A DNA stretch of 64,000 nucleotides from Acholeplasmatales bacterium (GTDB lineage Bacteria; Bacillota_I; Bacilli_A; Acholeplasmatales; Anaeroplasmataceae). The notes beneath the pieces are model-generated. The model was not told the origin of the DNA, did not search any database, and saw nothing but the letters and a program-made list of their open reading frames with translations. The stretch spans positions 887-64,886 of the forward strand of contig JAFSJY010000070.1 of assembly GCA_017449215.1 (NCBI GenBank). The letters are read 5' to 3'. This document shows positions 1 through 9,503 of this stretch, piece after piece. The position numbers and the translations under genes were made by a program. Every line of letters begins with the position of its first letter. Position 1 is the first letter of the stretch.

Positions 1-961
1 TTGATTTTCCTAGTGGCACATATTTTATAACAAAATCACTACATATAAGTGAATTTAATGTTTTTGATAAATTTCCACCATTACCAATATTATTTTTCTC
101 AGTTAATTCTTTTCTAGTAAGTCCTACTTTTTTACTACTTAAAGCACGTACAACCTTAATTGTTAATTCAGGATTATCAAAAGCTGAAGTAAACAATCTT
201 AAAAATTCATCCTTAAGCTTTGCTGTATTAGAGAAAAATAGCATATCAATGTTTTGAGGTAAAGAATATCTAGATTCTATATAATTCAAATAATATGGAA
301 TACCGCCTAAAGCCATATAAGCTTGAGTAATATCATAACGTGATAAATTAACATTTTTATTTTTTAAGAATAATTCACATTCTTTTAATTTAAATGGAGC
401 AAGCTTTATCTCATAAGTTACTCTCCCATATAGACCACCATGATTATTTATTAATTCATTAGTCATCCATGATATAGCACTACCACAAATAATTACTATT
501 ATATTTCTACCATTAGCCCAACCATTCCAAAATGCTTCAAAGCCAGTAATAAATAATGATTTTTGTGTATCAAGCCAAGGTAATTCATCAATGAACACAA
601 CTTGCTTAGAACCATCATATTTATTTTGAAGCATCATTTCAAGCATAAAAAATGCTTCAAGCCAATCTTTAGGAACCTTATTTTCTTTCATTCCATATAA
701 TTTTAAAGAATGATAAAAATGTTCTAATTGAATTTCAGTTGCAGTCTTCCCTTTTGATTTGCTCTTTTCTTCTTTATATTCTTTGATTTCAATAGGAGAT
801 AAACCTGTATGTTTAAAACTATACTTATCTTTAAAGACCTCATTAATTAAAAAAGTTTTACCAACCCTTCTTCTACCATAAACAGCTACTAATTCAGATT
901 GACTAGATTCATATAGTCTATTTAATTCTTTTATTTCATCATTTCTACCTATAACATTCAT
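1..961 (-). CDS. AAA-family ATPase (archaeal-ATPase/ATPase_2 type), 3' end runs off the window
   Basis: Not in ORF track; manual translation MNVIGRNDEIKELNRLYESSQSELVAVYGRRRVGKT (Walker A)...VVFIDELPW (Walker B)...CGSAISWM...GGIPYYL; SD-like GAAGGTGA upstream; frame open to base 1. Confidence 0.9.
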   Translation of the reverse strand, partial: MNVIGRNDEIKELNRLYESSQSELVAVYGRRRVGKTFLINEVFKDKYSFKHTGLSPIEIKEYKEEKSKSKGKTATEIQLEHFYHSLKLYGMKENKVPKDWLEAFFMLEMMLQNKYDGSKQVVFIDELPWLDTQKSLFITGFEAFWNGWANGRNIIVIICGSAISWMTNELINNHGGLYGRVTYEIKLAPFKLKECELFLKNKNVNLSRYDITQAYMALGGIPYYLNYIESRYSLPQNIDMLFFSNTAKLKDEFLRLFTSAFDNPELTIKVVRALSSKKVGLTRKELTEKNNIGNGGNLSKTLNSLICSDFVIKYVPLGKS

Positions 962-1001
962 GAAATCACCTTCTTATCTATCTTAATTATATGCGTTTTT
1001 C

Positions 1002-1100
1002 GGGCGATATTCAATATAAAATACCTTAATATCGCCCAAGAAATGACGTTTTTTGGTATTTTCAGGGCGATATTCGATACAAAACACCTCAATATCGCCC
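1002..1100. repeat. Two 36-bp inverted-repeat units GGGCGATATT-N16-AATATCGCCC upstream of the ATPase
   Basis: Units at 1002-1037 and 1065-1100 read directly; operator role is inference. Confidence 0.85.
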
Positions 1101-1441
1101 GAAAACGTAATTTCATTTTTCATAATAACTTAAAAAGCCTAAAGCAATACACATGCTTTATCCCATGTTAATTTATATAAGAACAATCAACACATAATAC
1201 TGAACAAGTCAAAAGGATGCTTCCTATACTGCAACAATATATTGGTATTAAACCATTTTACTATATTTTTATTCCTTTTCAATCTATTCAAACATCTTGC
1301 CACTGTTACCAGGTTCGGTTACGATACCTACTCTTTTTTCTGATAAAGATAAAGAAAAATTTTATGTTTGGTCAAAAGAAAAAGGTGATTCTAACCATAT
1401 TTTTGTCAAAATCACCTATTTTTACCCTATTTTTGCTATTT

Positions 1442-1512
1442 TTAGTCGTTTCTACGATTTAGTAAGCAGACTGTTTCAACATGTGTCTTTGAAACCCACA
1501 AATAAGATATCA
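1442..1512 (-). repeat. att-like site S1 (minus strand encodes HVETVCLLNRRND*)
   Basis: 1476-1512 matches 11871-11907 at 33/37 nt; translation resembles the RlmD C-terminal HVETV motif used as an integration site. Confidence 0.7.
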
Positions 1513-1667
1513 TTTTTTTATTTAAAAAATTTAGTTTATCTAGAGTAACATTACAGAAATATTATAAAAATATAGAAATAAAGGATGCCAGTTTTTGAAA
1601 CAAATATCATTCCCTTCGCTTTTTAGGCATCCTTAAATTATATTAAATCAAAAAATCGTAATTAATA

Positions 1668-3014
1668 TCATTTAAAAACAAAAGACACAATGTAATATGG
1701 GAAAGTATAAATTTTATTTTTGTATCCGATATTATTAGAACTAAATTTTATTAATTGATCAATATGATATTTATCATAATTATCTAATATGTATGATGAA
1801 GATTTTGATTTTCTGGACTTAGCTTTAACCTCAACCAGACAAACTTTAGATTGATATTTCTGAATAAAATCTATTTCAAGACCAGAATCTTTATGATAAT
1901 AATATAATTTATAATTCATTTTTGAAAAAGCATCCGCTATAACATTTTCATAAATTGCACCTTTACCATTCCCCATTTTTCCGTTAATTATCTCGATTGG
2001 AATATCATCATCCAACATTGCAATATATAATCCAGTATCATTAACATATATTTTAAAAATATCATTATTTGAAAATGAATCAAAAGGAATTTCAGGGGAT
2101 GATAAATTATGACATAAAGATATTAAGCCATAATCCTCAAGCCATTCAATTGATGTCTTATATTCTCTCCCCTTTGCATTCTTGGCTATTGTCGAATATT
2201 GAAATTTTTGATTTTCTTTAGCTAATTGTCGTGGAATAGAATGAAAAGTCTCTAATATTTTAGCTTTTGCAAAATCATCAACTATTATTTCATTATTATC
2301 ATTTAGATGTGTTCCAAAATCCGACTCAAAATCCAATAATATTCTTTTTTGAATTTTTCTAACTTCATTAAAATCATTAGATGTAATATACTTATCTACA
2401 ACTTCTGGCATTCCCCCTATACATAAATACTTATTATATAGATTTAACATTTCATTATGAATAAAAGGCTGAATAGGCTTTAAATTAGCTAAACTAATCT
2501 TTAAACTATTAATTATTTCTTCATTAATACTATTTGCCCAAAGAAACTCTTCAAAATCCATTGGTTTCATTTCCAAGAAATCTTCAAAACCAACAGGAAT
2601 ACCTCTTGAAGGTTTCTTTGTAATTCTAAAATTTTTAATTCCTAATAAAGAGCCTGTTGCTATAACATCATATCTACCATCTTCAGCAAAATATTTTAAT
2701 GCTGCCCTTGCATTAGGGCAATCTTGAATTTCATCAAATATAAACAATGTCTTATTAGGTATCAGTTTTGCATCTTTTTTTCTTAATGTTATTGCAAATG
2801 TGATTTGATTTATATCAAAATCACCATCAAATATTGCATGTAAACTAATGTCTTTTCTAAAATCTAAAAAAATAACAGAATCATAATTATTTTTTCCAAA
2901 CTCTTTAACAATTGTAGTTTTTCCAATTTGCCTTAATCCTTTTATTATTAATGGCTTATGTTTGGGAGTATTTTTCCATTTTAATATTTCGTCATATATT
3001 TTTCTTTTAAACAT
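1668..3014 (-). CDS. AAA_14-type ATPase with DUF4143 / PD-(D/E)XK-like C-terminus
   Basis: GLRQIGKT Walker A, LFIFDEIQ Walker B, ATGSLLG, GGMPEVV, DTGL, EIDF...EVK. Confidence 0.9.
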   Translation of the reverse strand: MFKRKIYDEILKWKNTPKHKPLIIKGLRQIGKTTIVKEFGKNNYDSVIFLDFRKDISLHAIFDGDFDINQITFAITLRKKDAKLIPNKTLFIFDEIQDCPNARAALKYFAEDGRYDVIATGSLLGIKNFRITKKPSRGIPVGFEDFLEMKPMDFEEFLWANSINEEIINSLKISLANLKPIQPFIHNEMLNLYNKYLCIGGMPEVVDKYITSNDFNEVRKIQKRILLDFESDFGTHLNDNNEIIVDDFAKAKILETFHSIPRQLAKENQKFQYSTIAKNAKGREYKTSIEWLEDYGLISLCHNLSSPEIPFDSFSNNDIFKIYVNDTGLYIAMLDDDIPIEIINGKMGNGKGAIYENVIADAFSKMNYKLYYYHKDSGLEIDFIQKYQSKVCLVEVKAKSRKSKSSSYILDNYDKYHIDQLIKFSSNNIGYKNKIYTFPYYIVSFVFK

Positions 3015-3035
3015 ATCATCACTTCCTAGCTACAA

Positions 3036-3113
3036 TTTACACCTTTTTCAACCGAAAGTCAAACAAGATTTACACTTTTTTATAGCAAAAAAAGGATTTC
3101 GCTAACACTTTTT
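3036..3113. repeat. Three degenerate direct repeats (TTTACAC(C/T)TTTTT) at exact 33-bp spacing upstream of the ATPase
   Basis: Copies start at 3036, 3069 and 3102. Confidence 0.7.
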
Positions 3114-3213
3114 ATGATTGATATCTAGGTACTATGCAATTCACTATTGTTTGGATTAGATATAAATGATTCGATTCTAGTATTATCACAATTGAACTTG
3201 AACCGTTAACGAC

Positions 3214-3309
3214 CCCCTCGAAATCGATGGGTTTAAAATTAATATTGTTTATTTGCTCCCATAATTTTAAAAACTCTAATGTATCTACTTTTGGCATCCA
3301 ATTTGCAAT
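3214..3309 (-). pseudogene. KilA-N domain protein fragment
   Basis: IANWMPKVDTLEFLKLWEQINNINFKPIDFEG matches the recalled KilA-N motif NWMR..TIEFLGLWE..NNPNFKPIEFDG; no full gene present. Confidence 0.7.
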
Positions 3310-3393
3310 TGAAATCGGCATAGTTAAGCCATTTATTTGGTAGACTTGTCATTTTCGGGGTCGATAGAGCACACTTGAACAACCGTCTCAACG
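3306..3393 (-). repeat. att-like site S2 (core GTTGAGACGGTTGTTCAA = VETVVQ) plus long arm
   Basis: 88 nt closely matching 11791-11876 (few substitutions, one 2-nt indel). Confidence 0.8.
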
Positions 3394-3458
3394 AGTTATC
3401 CAAAAAACACCCTGATTAAGCACATTAAATAAGTCAACTTGAAATGTAAAAAAGCAAA

Positions 3459-4730
3459 TTATTGCTTTAACATATTAATAGGTATAACAAAAATTCCATC
3501 TTTTGTCTTATACAAAGGTCCACATGCAGTTATTACTGCTAAAAAGGAAGGTTCTTTAAATCTACTATAGTCAATTTTATTCTTTATTTTTCTAAGAGAT
3601 TCTAGTCCTTCATTAATTAAGTTTTCACCACCAAGTTTAACTTCCAACGCAGCCCAATTACCATTTTTCATATGTATTACAGCATCACACTCTAATCCAT
3701 CTTTATCTCTATAATGATATAAATTAGCTTTTAATCCTTGTGTATATATTCTTAAGTCTCTAATTACCATGTCCTCAAAGAATAATCCCATTGTATTCGT
3801 ATCATTAATTAAATCATTGGGAGAAATACCAAGTGAGGCAGTCGCTATTGATGTATCGACAAAATGTCTAGTCGGAGTAGTTCTTATAGCTGTTTTAGAT
3901 CTCAAATTAGGATTCCAAGCATCTAAATCCATTAAGACAAACAAGTTTTCTAATTTTTGAATATAACTTGTTAATGTTTCATCATCAATACTGGTATTAT
4001 CTGATTTCTTTATGTCAGATAATATTGTAGTATATGCGGCTTCAGAGGAAATATTTCTAGCAAATGAACGTATTATTAATTCGGCATATTTCCTATTATT
4101 AAAATAATTCTTTTCATCGCGTGATTTATAGTTAACCAATCCTTCATAATAATTATAACTAATTTCTAATGAATCTTTTTTATCAACCATTAAAGATGTT
4201 GGCCATCCACCACGACAAATTAAATATGCAATATCATCTAAAGTAATTCTATCATTTAAATCAAAATAGTCTTTATCAGGATTTTCAAATAAATCATTTA
4301 TTGATACTAAACCATTTGAATCTCCTGATTCATATAACGAAAACGGAAACATAACTACCCTTGAAAATCTTCCCTCGCCAGAATGAATAATTTCATCATA
4401 GTTTGCTGGCTGAACAGAACCAGTAAATAGAAATTGACCAAATTCATTTCTTTTGTCTACTTCATCTCTAACCTCATCCCATATTTCAGGAATATTTTGC
4501 CACTCATCGATAAGAACTGGTGTCTCACCTACAAGTGCTCTCTTTATATTTATACTATATAATTGAATTTGTCCTTTAGTTGAGAAACTATGTTCAGATT
4601 TAGCCATCATCATACACGTGGTTGTCTTACCACAATACTTCGGTCCAGTGACAAGTACTGCACCTGATGTTCTTAATTTTTTATTTATTAATTCTTCAAC
4701 AATTCTTTTTCTATATTTTTCATTATCCAT
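3459..4730 (-). CDS. AAA_14-type ATPase with DUF4143 / PD-(D/E)XK-like C-terminus
   Basis: GPKYCGKT, LIDEWQ, FTGS, GGWP, FVDTS, ECD...LEVK; ATG 4730 preferred over the GTG at 4739. Confidence 0.9.
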   Translation of the reverse strand: MDNEKYRKRIVEELINKKLRTSGAVLVTGPKYCGKTTTCMMMAKSEHSFSTKGQIQLYSINIKRALVGETPVLIDEWQNIPEIWDEVRDEVDKRNEFGQFLFTGSVQPANYDEIIHSGEGRFSRVVMFPFSLYESGDSNGLVSINDLFENPDKDYFDLNDRITLDDIAYLICRGGWPTSLMVDKKDSLEISYNYYEGLVNYKSRDEKNYFNNRKYAELIIRSFARNISSEAAYTTILSDIKKSDNTSIDDETLTSYIQKLENLFVLMDLDAWNPNLRSKTAIRTTPTRHFVDTSIATASLGISPNDLINDTNTMGLFFEDMVIRDLRIYTQGLKANLYHYRDKDGLECDAVIHMKNGNWAALEVKLGGENLINEGLESLRKIKNKIDYSRFKEPSFLAVITACGPLYKTKDGIFVIPINMLKQ

Positions 4731-4779
4731 AGACTTCACCCATCATTATTTTACTATAATTCGGTGAGCAAATCAACAA

Positions 4780-4844
4780 AAAACCGAAAGATTGGCTATA
4801 GCAAAACCGAAAGATTGGCTATAGCAAAACCGAAAGATTGGCTA
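4780..4844. repeat. 23-bp tandem repeat (AAAACCGAAAGATTGGCTATAGC) x2.8
   Basis: Units at 4780, 4803 and 4826 (last truncated), perfect identity, no spacers. Confidence 0.95.
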
Positions 4845-5009
4845 AATTTATGCATTTTTCCAACCTGTTTCAACGACAAAAATTGCATTTTTCTAACTAT
4901 TTTTTGCCGTTTATATTGCATTTTTCAATACTTTTATAATACTTATTAAGTATATATTCAATTAATCTATAATTACTTACTCGACTTATTTTCAAAATCT
5001 TTCCGCGAA

Positions 5010-5146
5010 AGGCAGCACCATTTGAAATTGCCGAAATATATTCACCTATTTCATCTTTCGAAAACCAATTTTCTTTAAAAACAAAACCACTCATATTCAT
5101 CATTAAAAGTTAACAAATTTTCTAGAATATCTATATATCTATTCAA
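5010..5146 (-). pseudogene. N-terminal relic of a Schlafen/AlbA_2-domain protein
   Basis: TTG start with AAGGAG SD; LNRYIDILENLLTFNDEYEWF then frameshift to FKENWFSKDEIGEYISAISNGAA, like recalled AlbA_2 N-termini (EWxEFKxN...IGEYISA.SN). Confidence 0.6.
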
Positions 5147-5169
5147 ATTAATTCAGCTCCTTTAAAAAT

Positions 5170-5537
5170 TCATAGTATAGAAGGACTTGACCCCTTTGTA
5201 TACATCCATGCAATTTCATCTAAAAAGATAACTTTCTTTTTTTGGCTGCTATTTTTAATTAATTCTTTTAGGCAACTAAATGCTTTGAACCAATCATTCA
5301 AGTCCTCTTCAGGTTTTAAACCATACTCTTTTAAAGATTCAGAAAAAGCATAAAGTTGTTCATTTTTCTTTCCATTATAAATACCTGCATATCTAAATAT
5401 AATACTTTCATTAAATAATTCATTAATTAAATATGTTTTCCCAATTCTACGTCTTCCATATATTGCTACAAAAGATGATTCTAATGAATTATATTTTTCC
5501 ATTAATTCTTAATCTCATTTTCTCTACCAATTAACAT
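5170..5537 (-). pseudogene. Truncated, frameshifted AAA ATPase (same subfamily as 1-961)
   Basis: MLIGREK* then frameshift into MEKYNS...AIYGRRRIGKT...VIFLDEIAW; ends shortly after Walker B. Confidence 0.85.
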
Positions 5538-5551
5538 AGCTGTCACCTTTT

Positions 5552-5586
5552 CCGCGAAAACTTATAAAAACTAGTCTTTTTCGCGG
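5552..5586. promoter_or_regulatory. Inverted repeat CCGCGAAAA-N17-TTTTCGCGG upstream of the ATPase pseudogene
   Basis: Read directly; operator role inferred. Confidence 0.55.
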
Positions 5587-5637
5587 TTTTGTAATTTAAA
5601 TATCTGCTTATGAATATTTCTATTTTTTATTAAAACC

Positions 5638-5808
5638 TTTATTTGGTAGACTAATTTCATTTAATTATCGTTTAACTAAAAGAGCAACCATCTCAATATG
5701 CATCGTTATTGGCCTTGTAATATCTAAAAATATAGGTCGTTTTTTAGTTAATATTTGACTTGTTTTATTTAATAAAAATGGGGTGTTTTTTCAACAGACC
5801 GTCTCAAC
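5638..5808 (-). repeat. att-like sites S3 (HIEMVALLVKR*, 5665-5700) and S4 (VETVC*, 5791-5808)
   Basis: TTTATTTGGTAGACT shared with S2/S5; ACCGTCTCAAC core shared with S2. Confidence 0.6.
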
Positions 5809-5922
5809 AGTACCATAGATGGTCAGCAAACCCCAAATTCTTTTAATATATAAATCTACTTCAAAAAAGATCAAGAAATTATTTATTCTTGACCTTATTT
5901 TATCATATTAAATTATAATATC

Positions 5923-6040
5923 TCAATGCTCTTCAATTGCTTTGGCTTTTTCAGGTGGACAACTAATATGTCTAGCATTTATCATCTTTGTTAACAACTG
6001 TTAATTTCATTGCTACATAAATCTTACTTAAATCAACTAA
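5923..6040 (-). pseudogene. Relic of the alternative RlmD C-terminal extension (..SxLYIA..CPPEK..AI.E..)
   Basis: Fragments LSKIYVA and MINARHISCPPEKAKAIEEH* in different frames; similarity recalled, not computed. Confidence 0.45.
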
Positions 6041-6136
6041 ATTATTTTTATCATTAAACCTTGTAAAGAAAATGGATGCTGTTTCGTGTAATAAGAAAAA
6101 GCACCTCAATTAAGAGATGCTACAAGAGAAAAATTA

Positions 6137-7081
6137 TTACAATACAATAACTGTTTTTCCATCAACCTTATGATTATCAATATCAATTAAAGCTTGCTTT
6201 ATATCAGCAAAGTTATAGACCTCACCATATGTTGGATTGATCTTATATTTATTGATGTAGCCCATCATACTATCTATGATTTCCTGTGATGGATAATTAG
6301 AAAAGAATCCAGTTAAATAACAGCCATTCGGTATTTCTTTAATAGGATCAAATCCATCCATTAAGTAAACTTTACCAAGAAGCCCTGTTTGACATACAAT
6401 CCCATCTTTATTCAAGCATTTAAGAGAATCTCTTAGTGTTTTTGGTCCTATCAATTCTAGAATTTTATCAGCTTTTACTCGTTTTGATAAATTGCCATCA
6501 TCAATAATTGCCTTATCACATTCATCTAGTAATGATAGTTTTTCTTCGTTATGTGTTGTTCCTATCACTTTGCATCCTAAAGCTTTTGCTAGTTTTATAG
6601 TTGCATATCCTAAGGCGCACGTTGCTCCTCTAATTAACAATGTGTCTTCTTTTTTTAATTTCAAGCATTCAAATAATGAACCATATGCAGTGAAATATGT
6701 TTCTGGTATTGCACCTAACTTATCCCATGACAAATCTGATTTAATTTTAAAAATAGTTTTTCTTGGCAATAAAGCATATTCGGCATAACTTCCATTAAAG
6801 CTTCTACCCATTCCGCCCATTAGTGCCATTACTTTATCGCCTTTTTTTAAGTCAGTATTTGAGGGATTAAAAACCTCACCAACACATTCAATTCCTGGAA
6901 TGATAGGCTTTTTTATGTAATCATTATTGATTTCAAATGTTCTTAGAAGTTTTTCACTATGGTTTATTCCAAAAGCCTTAACCTTAACTAACACCCAGTC
7001 GTCTTTAACTGATGGTATAGCTACTTCAGTTAATTCTATATCTTTTGAATCAGTTACTTTATCTATTAATACTGATTTCAT
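6137..7081 (-). CDS. Medium-chain dehydrogenase/reductase, quinone-oxidoreductase-like (zinc-binding ADH family)
   Basis: VKVKAFGINHSE, IPGIECVGEV, LLIRGATCALG, GKTVI; lacks the Zn-binding Cys cluster. Confidence 0.85.
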   Translation of the reverse strand: MKSVLIDKVTDSKDIELTEVAIPSVKDDWVLVKVKAFGINHSEKLLRTFEINNDYIKKPIIPGIECVGEVFNPSNTDLKKGDKVMALMGGMGRSFNGSYAEYALLPRKTIFKIKSDLSWDKLGAIPETYFTAYGSLFECLKLKKEDTLLIRGATCALGYATIKLAKALGCKVIGTTHNEEKLSLLDECDKAIIDDGNLSKRVKADKILELIGPKTLRDSLKCLNKDGIVCQTGLLGKVYLMDGFDPIKEIPNGCYLTGFFSNYPSQEIIDSMMGYINKYKINPTYGEVYNFADIKQALIDIDNHKVDGKTVIVL

Positions 7082-7962
7082 AATAGTCTTTCGCTCCTTC
7101 TATGAATTAATCTTTTTCTATCTTTTTGGACTCCTCTTGCGTATTTTATTTCAGGATAACCGAATCCAACTATTAAAGGCATGCAGTGATTATTTGGAAT
7201 ACCTAACATATCTTTTGCTTCAGGTGATAATTCATTTAATACTTCAGCTGAATATGACATAATTAAAGTTCCAAGTCCATATGCATTAGCGATTATTTCA
7301 AAATATGTTGTTGCTATTATACATTCAACTTTTGCATCTTCTGCCCATTTGCCTTCAGCTCTTTTATGCGCAATAAACAAATGAGGTGCTCCACAAAATA
7401 GTAAATCATCTTTTCTAACTGTCTTTTCGCTTTCTTTCATCTTTGAATAATAAAAATTAGAAAAAGATGATGTATAAATCCCTTTCTTTGCTAAATCATC
7501 CATCTTTTTATATGCAACCTGTCTTATTTCATCTACAGCATCTTTATCATCAATAACTGTATATTCTACACTCATTGAATTACCACCAGTTGGAACACTT
7601 TCCATACAAGATAATATTTTATCTACTATTTTTGAATCGACATTCTTATCTAAATATCTTCTACAACTTCTTCTAAATTTAACAAGTCTTTCAATATCAT
7701 CGGATATTTTATCGCTTGGTGGCAAAGTTGAATCTTCAGGTTGTTTATTAAATATAGAAATAGCACCAGTTGGACAAACCGAAAGGCAGTGTTCACATTT
7801 CCAACATCCACGCCATCCAAATCTTTCAAATGGTTTTATATATGGGTATCCTTCATTATCATATTCAATGACCATACCATTACATACATTTTTGCATTTG
7901 CCACATTTTATACATTTATGTTTATCAACTATAAAATTGCATTTATATGATATATCTTCCAT
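7078..7962 (-). CDS. Nitroreductase family protein with N-terminal 2x[4Fe-4S] ferredoxin domain
   Basis: CIKCGKCKNVC and CWKCEHCLSVCP motifs; RRSCRRY, PTGGN, GLGT, GYP. Confidence 0.9.
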   Translation of the reverse strand: MEDISYKCNFIVDKHKCIKCGKCKNVCNGMVIEYDNEGYPYIKPFERFGWRGCWKCEHCLSVCPTGAISIFNKQPEDSTLPPSDKISDDIERLVKFRRSCRRYLDKNVDSKIVDKILSCMESVPTGGNSMSVEYTVIDDKDAVDEIRQVAYKKMDDLAKKGIYTSSFSNFYYSKMKESEKTVRKDDLLFCGAPHLFIAHKRAEGKWAEDAKVECIIATTYFEIIANAYGLGTLIMSYSAEVLNELSPEAKDMLGIPNNHCMPLIVGFGYPEIKYARGVQKDRKRLIHRRSERLL

Positions 7963-8792
7963 TATTCTTTTATCTCCTTAATAATTTTTGATATGTCATC
8001 ATTTATTAATAATGATTTATCTTTTATTTCATCAGGTACTTGATTAAAACCTTTATTAATGCATACATAAAAAGCATTCTTAAAATTATAGGTCATTCTT
8101 ATGAATGGATATTTAATTATTACAGGTGTATTAAACCCAACGCCAAGTTCTAAAAATAGCACTTTTTTATCTTTGTTTTTATTTAGAAAGTCTTCATATC
8201 TTTTAGAAGCTTCCTTCCATCCATCATCTTCTACAAACCTATCATCACTTCTTAAATTAGGCATCATTTCACGTCCACAAACAGGACATTTAGGAATTAA
8301 TGCTTGAGGTATTAGTCCATCTTTTAAATTATCAAGCATATTAAAAATTGCCTCTTTATTATCATATGTTTTATTATGACAAGGCTTGCTACATTGAAAT
8401 AGTCCATAATCCCCTTGTGTATAAAATAATCTTTTCTTATCAAAGCCTGAAAGTTGAAATTGATGATCAACATTGGTCGTAATGACAAAATAGTCCTTAT
8501 TTTTAACCAATTCAAATAATTCTTTATACAAAGGTTTAGCGCCTTCTTTATATCTTTGTAAATATATAAATCTTGACCAGTATCCCCATTTTTCTTCTGA
8601 TGTTTCAAAATTATGAAATGATGCAGAATACATATCGGTGTATCCATATTTTTTATTTATATCTTTAAAATTATCTAAAAAAAATTCTCCATCATATATA
8701 AAACCAGCCGCTGTAGATAATCCAGCCCCTGCGCCAATTATGATAACTTCAGAATCATTTATTAATTTCTTTAATCTTTCTATTATAGACAT
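7962..8792 (-). CDS. Class M sirtuin (SirTM-like, macrodomain-linked protein ADP-ribosyltransferase)
   Basis: GAGAGLS, TTNVDHQF, QGDY (Gln in place of the deacylase His), FQC..CH / CPVC Zn site, ELGVGFNTP; ATG 8792 with AGGTGA SD. Confidence 0.9.
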   Translation of the reverse strand: MSIIERLKKLINDSEVIIIGAGAGLSTAAGFIYDGEFFLDNFKDINKKYGYTDMYSASFHNFETSEEKWGYWSRFIYLQRYKEGAKPLYKELFELVKNKDYFVITTNVDHQFQLSGFDKKRLFYTQGDYGLFQCSKPCHNKTYDNKEAIFNMLDNLKDGLIPQALIPKCPVCGREMMPNLRSDDRFVEDDGWKEASKRYEDFLNKNKDKKVLFLELGVGFNTPVIIKYPFIRMTYNFKNAFYVCINKGFNQVPDEIKDKSLLINDDISKIIKEIKE

Positions 8793-9501
8793 CAAAATCA
8801 CCTTCACTAAATAAATCAAATATTACTTTTTTGATATTCTTATTATCTTCTTTTAAATATTTATTTACTGTACTTATTGCAATTAAACTTGCTTTTTCAA
8901 TTGGAAAACCATATAAGCCTGTTGAAAGTGAACAAAAACAAATTGATTCTAATTTCATTTCATCTGCCTTTTTCAAGCAAGATAAATAGCAATTTTTTAA
9001 ATCAATTTCATCTTGTATGCTTCCTTTATATATTGGTCCAACTGTATGGAAAATAAATTTAGATGGTAAATTATATCCTTTTGTCACTTTACATTTACCA
9101 TTTGGTTCATCATATCCTTGAATGAGCATCATATTCATCATGTCACATCTAACCTGAAGTCCGGCAAATGAGTGAATGGCATTATCGATGCAATGGTGTC
9201 CTGGTACAAAGCAACCTAACATTTTATTATTACAAGCATTAACTATCGCATCAGCATTTATTAATGTAATATCACCTTTAAATAAACTTATACCGTCATT
9301 AAATTCTTTAACATCAACTATTTTCTTTTTTGATAATGTTTTTTTTAATACATTATCTTGTTTATTATAGAATTCAGTAGATAAATTAGAAGGCATAGTA
9401 ATATTAAGCAATGCCCTTAATGTATCAAAATCATATCTAAGTTCTTGATTAATATTATTAACTTCTTTTAAATAATCAATACACCATTTTAAATCATCCA
9501 T
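8755..9501 (-). CDS. Zn-containing macrodomain protein (protein-ADP-ribose hydrolase)
   Basis: GDIT, AIVNACN, CFVPGHHC (CX4HXC Zn loop), IDNAIH, IFHTVGP, STGLYGFP. Confidence 0.92.
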   Translation of the reverse strand: MDDLKWCIDYLKEVNNINQELRYDFDTLRALLNITMPSNLSTEFYNKQDNVLKKTLSKKKIVDVKEFNDGISLFKGDITLINADAIVNACNNKMLGCFVPGHHCIDNAIHSFAGLQVRCDMMNMMLIQGYDEPNGKCKVTKGYNLPSKFIFHTVGPIYKGSIQDEIDLKNCYLSCLKKADEMKLESICFCSLSTGLYGFPIEKASLIAISTVNKYLKEDNKNIKKVIFDLFSEGDFDVYNRKIKEINK

Positions 9502-9503
9502 TA

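Noticed and set aside
1217-1548. Plus-strand ORFs 1217-1462 and 1297-1548
   Set aside because: No SD or recognisable motifs; they overlap att-like site S1 and decayed sequence.
4780-4844. 23-bp repeats as a mini-CRISPR array
   Set aside because: Units are contiguous with no spacers, and there are no cas genes in the window.
4897-5103. 68-aa minus ORF as a real gene
   Set aside because: It is the out-of-frame half of an AlbA_2 relic running into upstream non-coding sequence.
7962-8792. Sir2 protein as an anti-phage NADase (Thoeris/DSR type)
   Set aside because: It has class M signatures (QGDY, Zn site) and is paired with a Zn-macrodomain, which matches SirTM rather than defence SIR2 domains.
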